NCBI GenBank assembly: GCA_028712345.1
Contig: JAQTQF010000036.1
Location: 1 to 10,922, forward strand
Origin: Phycisphaerae bacterium
Lineage (GTDB): Bacteria > Planctomycetota > Phycisphaerae > Sedimentisphaerales > UBA12454
Reading direction: 5' to 3'
DNA length: 10,922 nt
The first letter of the stretch is position 1. Every line of letters begins with the position of its first letter. The notes under the pieces were generated by a model. It was given only the letters and a program-made list of their open reading frames with translations. It searched no databases and was not told the DNA's origin. Shown here piece by piece: positions 1-6,325 of the stretch. The position numbers and the translations under genes were made by a program.

Positions 1-25
1 AGTTAGCGGTTTAGAGCCGCTAACT
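1..25. other. perfect 9-bp stem hairpin at the window edge (AGTTAGCGG - tttagag - CCGCTAACT)
   Basis: Read directly: positions 1-9 are the exact reverse complement of 17-25, with a 7-nt loop. No U-run follows on the + strand (cctatcctccc). It could be the 3' structure of an upstream transcript or a protein binding site, but its context is cut off by the window edge. Confidence 0.45.
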
Positions 26-88
26 CCTATCCTCCCTGGTTTTAGCAGATTATGATTAGCGGGTGGTTTTTATTCTCCATATTGCGGC

Positions 89-117
89 TTTACATCATAG
101 CGTTGTGTGGTTATAAG
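89..117 (+). promoter_or_regulatory. putative sigma70-like promoter upstream of the flotillin gene (TTTACA-N17-TATAAG)
   Basis: TTTACA at 89-94 and TATAAG at 112-117 with a 17-nt spacer. This would give a leader of about 60 nt to the ATG at 183. Pattern match only. Confidence 0.3.
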
Positions 118-182
118 GGGTTTAGTTATGTAGCCAGATGGCTAATATGGAAAATCCAGAATAAAATTTTAGGAGAACAGAT

Positions 183-1676
183 ATGGCTGTTTATGAGACC
201 AGAACACTGAATTTAAACATTAAAATATTCGTACCGATCATTATATTTCTGATTTTCATTGTTGCGGTTGCGACTTCTATTATCAATGTCGGGCCGGATG
301 AAGTTGGAATTGTCTCCAAAAAGTTTGGTGGCAGAAAATTGCCGGATGGACGCATTATTGCTGTCGAAGGAGAAAACGGTTTTCAGGCGGGCGTTTTAAT
401 GCCCGGCTGGCATTTGTGGTACTGGAAGTGGCAGTATGACATCATAAAAGTAAAAGACACCGAACTCAATCCCGGCACGGTAGGTATTGTTGTTGCCAAA
501 GATGGGATTTCTCTGCCCGAAGGTGAAATTTATGCGCCCCAATGGGAAGAGCCCGACAAGATGATTAATGATGCGGTATATTTTCTTACGAAAGGCAAGG
601 GCTTCAAGGGTCCGCAACTTACCGTTTTACAGCCCGGCAAATATAAGATTAATTCAAAACTTTTTGAAGTAAAACAGGTTCCGGTTACAAATGTAAGGGT
701 CGGTACGGTGGCTGTTATCAAGAGTAATGTCGGCCAGAGAGTTGCCTCAGATGACGGCCTTGTTGAAAAAGACCAAAGGGGAATATGGCGGACTCCGCTG
801 CTGCCTCAGGAGTATTACCTCAACACGAATGCTTACGAGGTGACCATAATAGATACCCGCCAGCAGAAAGTAAGCTATACGGCGGAAAGCGAACGGGGTG
901 AAGCTAAAGTGCAGCCTTTGCAGCCCATTACCGTAAGAAGCGCCGATGGATTCACCTTTCCCGTAGATGTTCGCGTTACTTACAAAATAGATAAAGAGAA
1001 CGCTTCAAAGGTTGTCGCGACCGTTGGGGACGACCAGCTTGTATTAGACAAGCTTATTACACCTTCGGTTAGAGCAAGTTTTAGAAACAACGCAGAGAAG
1101 GTCAAAGCCCTCGATTATGTTCAAAACCGCTCTAAGCAGGAAGAACAGTGTACAAATGAACTTCAAAGAGAGCTGGCACAGTACGGCATCACCATACTTG
1201 CCGTCAGGATTGGTGATGTTGGCGATGAAAAATCGCTTGGCCAACTGCTCAAGACACAAACTGACAAGGAAATAGCAAGACAGGAGCAGCAGACATTTAT
1301 TGAGCAGCAAAAGGCTGCCGAACAGGAGAAGGCTTTGACAAAGACCACGCAGGAAGCCGAGGAAGAAAAACGCCTTGCTACCGCCAGTTATAATGTTAAA
1401 GTTGCCGAACAGGAAAAACAGCAGAGAATCATTAACGCTGAGGCTGAGGCGGAAATGGTCAAGACTGTCGCAACGGCCCAGGCCGAAGCTTATAAGAAAA
1501 TTTCCGAAGTCATTGGCTCTGATAATGCTGCGCTGATTGAAATTCTCAAGCTCATAGCTGCCGAAAATATTGATATTACACCAGATGTTATGGTTAGCGG
1601 AGCCGGCAGCGGAATACCGGATGCCTTAATGGGAACAATCCTTAAGGATATGGTTAAGGAAAAGAAGGCACCGTAA
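183..1676 (+). CDS. flotillin-like SPFH/band-7 family membrane protein (YqiK/FloT type)
   Basis: 497-aa ORF. A strong RBS (AGGAG) sits 7 nt upstream of the ATG. The N-terminal hydrophobic helix (IFVPIIIFLIFIVAVATSII) is followed by an SPFH-like region. A long C-terminal coiled-coil is rich in E/A/Q/K with flotillin-type Ala-Glu repeats (AEQEKQQRIINAEAEAEMVKTVATAQAEAYKK). Assigned from architecture recalled from memory. Confidence 0.85.
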   Translation: MAVYETRTLNLNIKIFVPIIIFLIFIVAVATSIINVGPDEVGIVSKKFGGRKLPDGRIIAVEGENGFQAGVLMPGWHLWYWKWQYDIIKVKDTELNPGTVGIVVAKDGISLPEGEIYAPQWEEPDKMINDAVYFLTKGKGFKGPQLTVLQPGKYKINSKLFEVKQVPVTNVRVGTVAVIKSNVGQRVASDDGLVEKDQRGIWRTPLLPQEYYLNTNAYEVTIIDTRQQKVSYTAESERGEAKVQPLQPITVRSADGFTFPVDVRVTYKIDKENASKVVATVGDDQLVLDKLITPSVRASFRNNAEKVKALDYVQNRSKQEEQCTNELQRELAQYGITILAVRIGDVGDEKSLGQLLKTQTDKEIARQEQQTFIEQQKAAEQEKALTKTTQEAEEEKRLATASYNVKVAEQEKQQRIINAEAEAEMVKTVATAQAEAYKKISEVIGSDNAALIEILKLIAAENIDITPDVMVSGAGSGIPDALMGTILKDMVKEKKAP

Positions 1677-1713
1677 AAAAACTGTAACCATCAAATAATT
1701 TCGTGCGGGCATT

Positions 1714-1887
1714 ATGGCATTAAAAAGAATACCGCACCTGCCGGGCAGGGTATATGTCCCAGACGCGAATGGGCACAAAAAACACGATTGCAAAGATTGT
1801 TTTTTCTGCCAGATGTGTAGTGATGAACGATGCAATTCGTGTCTGAAGGGCAAATCTAAAAAATGCCGTAAAAAACGGGCAAAATAG
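1714..1887 (+). CDS. hypothetical small Cys-rich basic protein (57 aa), not in the ORF track
   Basis: I translated ATG 1714 to TAG 1885-1887 by hand: MALKRIPHLPGRVYVPDANGHKKHDCKDCFFCQMCSDERCNSCLKGKSKKCRKKRAK. It has seven Cys arranged C-x2-C-x2-C-x2-C-x4-C-x2-C-x7-C and a polybasic tail. The ORF exactly fills the 221-nt gap between the convergent flotillin stop (1676) and the SpoIID-like stop (1898) without overlapping either. No SD sequence is present. The A-rich 3' end that encodes the Lys tail could instead be the T-run of a weak minus-strand terminator. Confidence 0.25.
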   Translation: MALKRIPHLPGRVYVPDANGHKKHDCKDCFFCQMCSDERCNSCLKGKSKKCRKKRAK

Positions 1888-1897
1888 AATTGGCTGA

Positions 1898-3148
1898 TTA
1901 GTAAAGCGTTTTTATTCTGCTGGTCGGGTAATAGAAGCTCAGGATTTCCTGGGCGTCTTTGCCCCGTCTTGCCATTTCTCTTGCTCCATATTGGCACAGA
2001 CCCGCTCCGTGTCCGAAGCCTCGGCCTGCCAGAAACATAATTTCATCATTTAAATTGATGATCACACAGCTTGTACTTTGGATTTTCATTCCTGTAGGGT
2101 CAATTGCCAGACGCATATCTTCAGCCCGCAGGGTTGCTGTTTTGCCGTTTACACCGACAAATGTAACGCTGGTGATTCGTTTGAAATTGTTGTTATAAAT
2201 ACTTTCTTTTCGCGGCTCTATTTTTTCTATTCTCTCAAGAGATTTTAAATTTGGATACCTGTCGAATAAATTTTCTGAAATATCGTTTTTGCTGAAGGTT
2301 ACCATTGGCCAGTAGAATAGGCTCGGCCTGGTAAGCTGACTGCAATATGGGCAGGCAACTCCTTCAAGGGCAGTACAGCTTTCACCGAAGATGTTTTTTG
2401 CGTTTTCCGTGTGTCCGCCGCAGATAGAGCTGTAATAAGCGCCGAATATCTGGCACTCGCCCGAATCTGTCTGATTGCATAAAACCATTCCCAATGTGTC
2501 GTTTACCGCGCGGTCAGTGCGTACCGTCTCAGCCGCCACGCCTCTATAGACCTGGTTTGCCTGCGTTGCCTTGACATCCCAGAGCCGGTTGCCGCCGAAC
2601 CTGTTTTTTATATACAGACAATATGTTCTTGCCGCGATGGCCTGCGATTTTAGCGCTTCGATGTCCCAATAGCTGGGCATCTCTGCCGAAATAACGCCTG
2701 CAAGATATGTTTCAATCGGGACATTATTTATAGCTGTCATACTTTTATTATTGCTATCGGCGATTAATTCGAGATTACCTCTGTAGGAGCGTTTATCGAT
2801 TGTGAAAGGCAGGTCGTCCGGCGGCTGCACAATAAGTCTTTTTGTCTGAAAAACTTGCTCGCCTATTTTTATCCCATTGGGCCCGATAGCAATATCTATT
2901 GTGCCGTCTGTTTTTGCCACATCAAAAACACGAGCTGATTCAGTGTCGAACAGTTGGTATTGAGTATCGATTTTGAGTTTAGCTTTGGTGATATCATTGT
3001 CCAGCAGGACTCTGATGGTATATTGGTTATGGCCTTGTTCTACAGTCTGACCGCTGGCTCGTCCATTTGGAGCACAAGCGGCTATAAGTATAAAAAAAAC
3101 CCCCGCGACTAATTCGGATAATCGAAAATTCGGTTTTAATACCGTCAT
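1898..3148 (-). CDS. SpoIID/LytB-domain protein (peptidoglycan hydrolase / amidase-enhancer family), predicted lipoprotein
   Basis: SpoIID-family signatures are recognised by eye: ETYLAGVISAEMP, EALKSQAIAARTY and the C-terminal GRGFGHGAGLCQYGA (G-x-G-H-G-x-G-x-x-Q-x-G-A). The N-terminus MTVLKPNFRLSELVAGVFFILIAAC carries a lipobox (L-I-A-A-C). I chose the start at ATG 3148. The track's 3160 start is a TTG that overlaps the upstream TGA stop as TTGA. Either way it is translationally coupled to the upstream gene. Confidence 0.85.
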   Translation of the reverse strand: MTVLKPNFRLSELVAGVFFILIAACAPNGRASGQTVEQGHNQYTIRVLLDNDITKAKLKIDTQYQLFDTESARVFDVAKTDGTIDIAIGPNGIKIGEQVFQTKRLIVQPPDDLPFTIDKRSYRGNLELIADSNNKSMTAINNVPIETYLAGVISAEMPSYWDIEALKSQAIAARTYCLYIKNRFGGNRLWDVKATQANQVYRGVAAETVRTDRAVNDTLGMVLCNQTDSGECQIFGAYYSSICGGHTENAKNIFGESCTALEGVACPYCSQLTRPSLFYWPMVTFSKNDISENLFDRYPNLKSLERIEKIEPRKESIYNNNFKRITSVTFVGVNGKTATLRAEDMRLAIDPTGMKIQSTSCVIINLNDEIMFLAGRGFGHGAGLCQYGAREMARRGKDAQEILSFYYPTSRIKTLY

Positions 3149-3156
3149 AACAATTA

Positions 3157-4467
3157 TCAATCAAGTTTTCGCAGGCTTAGTCCGACACTTTCGAGAATCT
3201 GCCTCATTTCGGTCAGGCTTGTGGCTCCGAAATTCTTTACGCCGAGCAATTCATCCTCCGTTTTTGAAGCCAACTCACCGATAGTTCTCATATTCAGTTG
3301 CTCCAGACATCTTCTTGCTCTGACGCTCATATCCAATTCACTAAGAGGTTTGTTTAGGATTTCCGGGTCAACATTCAATTCGGCATCGGTTGACTCCTGT
3401 GAAAATATCAGGTTGGTCTTTCCATCAGCACACATTCCGAGGTGAAGATTTTTTGATTCGAGCATTTTCTTGATTTCGCTAAGTGATGTCTCACCGAAAT
3501 TTTTGTATGCCAGAAGTTCTGCCTCGGTAATTCTCAGCAGATCGCCCAATGTATTAATATTCATTTTTTTGAGACAGTTTCTGCTTCTCACCGAAAGCTC
3601 AAAATCGGAAATAGGCGTTTCGAGAATTCTGTTCTGCTGACTCTTGGATTTTTCGACTTCCTCATCATAAAACATAGTTTGAGAACTTGAGATGTCTTTT
3701 TTGAAAAGTATCGCTCTTTGATTATTCGGATGGCTTTTCAGTACTCTCTCGACACAGTTTATTGCCTTGCCGTATTCGCCCATATCTTCGTAAAGCACCG
3801 CAAGGTTGAGTATTCCGCTTACATATGCGAAAGGACTTTTTGCGAGCTGTTTATAATAATCCATAGCCGCCACTTCATCGCCTCTGATATCAAGGACAAA
3901 GGCCAGATGGAACATTGCCTTTGCGAATTCCGGGTCGATTTCCACTGCTGTCGTATAGTTGGCTATCGCTTCTTCATAATCTCCCTGTGCCTGCTGGCAT
4001 CGTCCGAGGGTATAGTGATACAGTGCGTTTGCCTTCTGATAATTTTCGCAGGCTTTCAGTGCTTTGGCGGCTTGCTCAAAATCTTTTGTTACGCGATACA
4101 CGCTTGCTTTTGCGCAATTAACCTGCAACACATCGGCGCCATTCTTTGCTGCTTTATCGAGAGCATCGAGAGCATTATCGTATTGTTCGGTCTTTCGCAG
4201 GCAATGGGCGAGTTCGAGATATTTTTCCTTACTGTCAGGTGCCTTTTCGAGCATCTCTGTCGCCTGAGCATATTTACCCATAATTGCCAGAGCTGCTCCG
4301 AGAGCGAGGTAATTTTTCGACCCCTTTAACGCCTGCTCGGTTTTCTCGGCAAATGCTATCTGTCTTTGTTCACTCGAATTAACAAAATCAGAGGTTGCCT
4401 GAATATTGTCGAGAGTAATATTTTGTTCGCTGAACAGGTCAACCTGTGGCTCAATTATGGCTACCAT
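3157..4467 (-). CDS. TPR-repeat protein with two tandem C-terminal RNA polymerase alpha-subunit CTD-like (HhH) domains
   Basis: 436 aa. Residues about 40-250 show TPR-like Ala/Tyr/Leu periodicity (YLALGAALAIMGKYAQA, ALYHYTLGRCQQAQGDYEEAIANY, AMFHLAFVLDIRGD, ILNLAVLYEDMGEYGKA). Two C-terminal repeats closely resemble the E. coli alpha CTD region LELTVRSANCLK...IGDLV..TE.ELLK.PNLGKKSLTEIKDVLAS.GLSLGM, which I recalled from memory. Copy 1 is ISDFELSVRSRNCLKKMNINTLGDLLRITEAELLAYKNFGETSLSEIKKMLESKNLHLGM (about nt 3427-3621). Copy 2 is LSELDMSVRARRCLEQLNMRTIGELASKTEDELLGVKNFGATSLTEMRQILESVGLSLRK (about nt 3160-3366). RBS AGGAG lies 9 nt upstream of the ATG at 4467. Confidence 0.85.
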   Translation of the reverse strand: MVAIIEPQVDLFSEQNITLDNIQATSDFVNSSEQRQIAFAEKTEQALKGSKNYLALGAALAIMGKYAQATEMLEKAPDSKEKYLELAHCLRKTEQYDNALDALDKAAKNGADVLQVNCAKASVYRVTKDFEQAAKALKACENYQKANALYHYTLGRCQQAQGDYEEAIANYTTAVEIDPEFAKAMFHLAFVLDIRGDEVAAMDYYKQLAKSPFAYVSGILNLAVLYEDMGEYGKAINCVERVLKSHPNNQRAILFKKDISSSQTMFYDEEVEKSKSQQNRILETPISDFELSVRSRNCLKKMNINTLGDLLRITEAELLAYKNFGETSLSEIKKMLESKNLHLGMCADGKTNLIFSQESTDAELNVDPEILNKPLSELDMSVRARRCLEQLNMRTIGELASKTEDELLGVKNFGATSLTEMRQILESVGLSLRKLD

Positions 4468-4547
4468 TATCTTATGCTCCTAATCGTTTTGGTTTAAAAA
4501 TTCAAATTCTAAGGCTTTGCCTTTTAGTTTGATACGGGAAACACGGT

Positions 4548-4575
4548 ATTATATGTTAAACGGAATGTTTTGCAA
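4548..4575 (-). promoter_or_regulatory. near-consensus sigma70-type promoter for the TPR-alphaCTD / SpoIID operon (TTGCAA-N16-TATAAT on the minus strand)
   Basis: On the minus strand, TTGCAA lies at + coordinates 4570-4575. A perfect TATAAT lies at + 4548-4553 (reads attata on the + strand). The spacer is 16 nt. The predicted TSS is near 4541, giving a leader of about 74 nt to the ATG at 4467. Confidence 0.4.
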
Positions 4576-4713
4576 TAGCAATTTAAGCCCCCCATCTGCC
4601 GATGATTTTTGTTTCTAACTCGCTAATCGACATAAGATTACATTAAAACAGCAAACAGGACAAAAAGAATACAAAACAGGCCTGAATTGAGGTTTTGCAG
4701 TAAGGCCAGCCCC

Positions 4714-5133
4714 TTATTTTTTATCTTTTTTGTATGCCTCTTGCGGGTCATAAACCTTTTCCGCGATAAAATCAAGCTCTTTTGTGCTTGGTTTCAAAAT
4801 CCTGTAAAAACACGATTGATATCCCACATGGCATTGGCCCTGATCGACTTTAACCTTGAGAATCAGGCAGTCCTGGTCGCAATCTACGAGAATTTGCCTG
4901 ACTTTTTGCACATGGCCGCTTTCCTCGCCTTTCCGCCATAGTTTCTGCCGGCTTCGACTGAAAAAAACTGCATTACCTGTTTTTATTGTAATATCCAGCG
5001 CTTCGGCATTCATATAGGCGACCATAAGTATTTGGCCGCTCTCGGCATCCTGTGATATAGCTGTTATAAGGCCGTTTGCGTCAAATTTCGGCTCAAATTT
5101 CGTCCCTAATTCGATTTCTCTACTTGCGGACAT
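4714..5133 (-). CDS. hisI: phosphoribosyl-AMP cyclohydrolase (monofunctional HisI)
   Basis: HisI motifs are present: GLITAISQD, QILMVAYMNAEAL, FFSRSRQKLWRKGEESGHVQKV, the metal-binding DCDQDCLILKV and GQCHVGYQSCFY. I chose the start at the internal ATG (5131-5133) because a perfect GGAGG lies 7 nt upstream. The track's 5199 start would add 22 junk residues and would overlap the divergent gene. There is no fused HisE domain. Confidence 0.9.
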   Translation of the reverse strand: MSASREIELGTKFEPKFDANGLITAISQDAESGQILMVAYMNAEALDITIKTGNAVFFSRSRQKLWRKGEESGHVQKVRQILVDCDQDCLILKVKVDQGQCHVGYQSCFYRILKPSTKELDFIAEKVYDPQEAYKKDKK

Positions 5134-5158
5134 CTTTTTTCCTCCATAATTTATCTTC

Positions 5159-5187
5159 TTGAAGATGAATGTTTTACACATTATCAT
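5159..5187 (+). promoter_or_regulatory. possible promoter for the UPF0104 membrane protein gene (TTGAAG-N17-TATCAT)
   Basis: TTGAAG at 5159-5164 and TATCAT at 5182-5187 with a 17-nt spacer. This sits inside the very short hisI / UPF0104 divergent region. Pattern match only. Confidence 0.2.
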
Positions 5188-5219
5188 ATTCAAACTCAAG
5201 TATTATTAAAGGAAAACTT

Positions 5220-6242
5220 TTGGTACAGACTGTAAAAAAAACCAAACACCTCTCGCATATCATAAGAGTCGTCGTAGCTATAGCGGCTTTTCTGTATTTC
5301 GTTATCAGAAATGACCCGAAGGGGATAATCCGAGACTTTGGCGAATTGCATATCTCTGTTTTTCTCATGGCTCTTGTCCTGTATATTGCCGGAAATTTAA
5401 TTTTCGTTCTCCGCTGGCTTGTTCTGCTCGGCACTCAGGGCGTTCGTGTCGGCTACTGGCCGGCGTTGAAACTTCATTTGCTTGGCCTGTTTTACAACAA
5501 CTGCCTGCCCGGCTCAGTCGGGGGCGACATTCTCCGTGCCTGGTATGTAGCCAAACACACTGAAAAGAAAATCGAGGCGGCGATGAGCGTTTTTGTTGAC
5601 CGCGCAATCGGGCTTGTTTGTACCATAGCAATGGCATTTTTGGCCTACTGGTTCATACCGGCCGACGGTGCGCAGGGGAAACTTCAGTTCGGAACCCAAT
5701 TAAATCCTGCTTCGCTTGCGATTAAATTCCTGCTCGGGATTGTTGTTCTGATTATTCTCGCTGCTCTGGCTGTCGCTCTAATGTATTACAACAGGAAATG
5801 GCGAGCCGTTCTTTTTAAGTACGGCTTTATTCTCGCCCTTCGCTGGTCATTCTGGGTTGGCAGAATTGTCAAAGCCGTCAAGCTTTACTGCTGCAAACCG
5901 TTTATTCTCCTGCTGGCGGTTGTTATGACTTTTGTCTGTCAGGCTCTCCCGATTTACGGCTTATACCTTGTTGGCAGGGATTTAGGCGTCGAGGCTCACA
6001 TTAAATATTATTTTATTTTCTTTCCGCTCAGCTGGATAATCGGCGTTATCCCGATAAGCGTCGGCGGGGCGGGCGTGATGGAATTCGGAATCCAGGGTAT
6101 GTTCAAGGTCATCGGTGTTGCCGGCAGGATTCCTACCCTCGCATTGGCACAAAGAATAACCTGGCTCTTGACTTCTATTCCCGGAGTTATTATCCATATT
6201 ACCGGAAAGCATCTGCCCGGTGAATTTAAAAATAAAGACTGA
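5220..6242 (+). CDS. UPF0104 / lysylphosphatidylglycerol-synthase-TM-region-like (flippase-like) integral membrane protein
   Basis: A polytopic membrane protein with at least 7 hydrophobic helices. Motifs typical of the LPG_synthase_TM / UPF0104 family as recalled from memory: GNLIFVLRWLVLL, LPGSVGGDILRAWYV, SVFVDRAIGL. I prefer the TTG at 5220 as the start because it has AAGGAAAA 7 nt upstream. The track's ATG at 5169 would overlap the hisI 5' end and leave only 35 nt for two divergent promoters. The start assignment is uncertain. Confidence 0.65.
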   Translation: MVQTVKKTKHLSHIIRVVVAIAAFLYFVIRNDPKGIIRDFGELHISVFLMALVLYIAGNLIFVLRWLVLLGTQGVRVGYWPALKLHLLGLFYNNCLPGSVGGDILRAWYVAKHTEKKIEAAMSVFVDRAIGLVCTIAMAFLAYWFIPADGAQGKLQFGTQLNPASLAIKFLLGIVVLIILAALAVALMYYNRKWRAVLFKYGFILALRWSFWVGRIVKAVKLYCCKPFILLLAVVMTFVCQALPIYGLYLVGRDLGVEAHIKYYFIFFPLSWIIGVIPISVGGAGVMEFGIQGMFKVIGVAGRIPTLALAQRITWLLTSIPGVIIHITGKHLPGEFKNKD

Positions 6243-6325
6243 AAACAGGCAGGCAATGTTTTTTTTGATAAGGAGCGAAATTTTCGCAGTTAAAACGGCA
6301 TTTTGATTTTTTAAAGGGACAAACA

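Noticed and set aside
1626-1997. 123-aa minus-strand ORF spanning the flotillin/SpoIID convergent gap
   Set aside because: It overlaps the 3' ends of both well-supported genes in other frames. It has a junk-like composition (Leu/Arg/Phe-rich, no motifs). It is an antisense/overlap artefact.
3718-4329. 203-aa plus-strand ORF, plus shorter ORFs at 3221-3445, 3915-4121, 4064-4267 and 4089-4271
   Set aside because: All are antisense or shadow frames of the strongly supported TPR-alphaCTD gene. Their Cys/Phe/Ile-rich composition is typical of frames opposite a coding sequence, and no motifs are present.
4687-4941. 84-aa plus-strand ORF
   Set aside because: It is antisense to hisI, and hisI motifs explain the region.
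5169-5219. ATG 5169 as the start of the UPF0104 gene, and the 5199 start of hisI given in the ORF track
   Set aside because: Using both would make two divergent genes overlap head-to-head by 31 nt. hisI has a perfect GGAGG-N7-ATG at 5133. The membrane protein has AAGGAAAA-N7-TTG at 5220. The extended N-termini (MSLNMIMCKTFIFKKINYGGKK and MFYTLSYSNSSIIKGKL) look non-protein-like.
6243-6325. T8 run and GCGAAA/TTTCGC mini-palindrome downstream of the UPF0104 gene as a terminator
   Set aside because: No GC-rich stem immediately precedes the T-run. The palindrome has an infeasible 1-nt loop. Read-through into trpB2 cannot be excluded, so no terminator was called.
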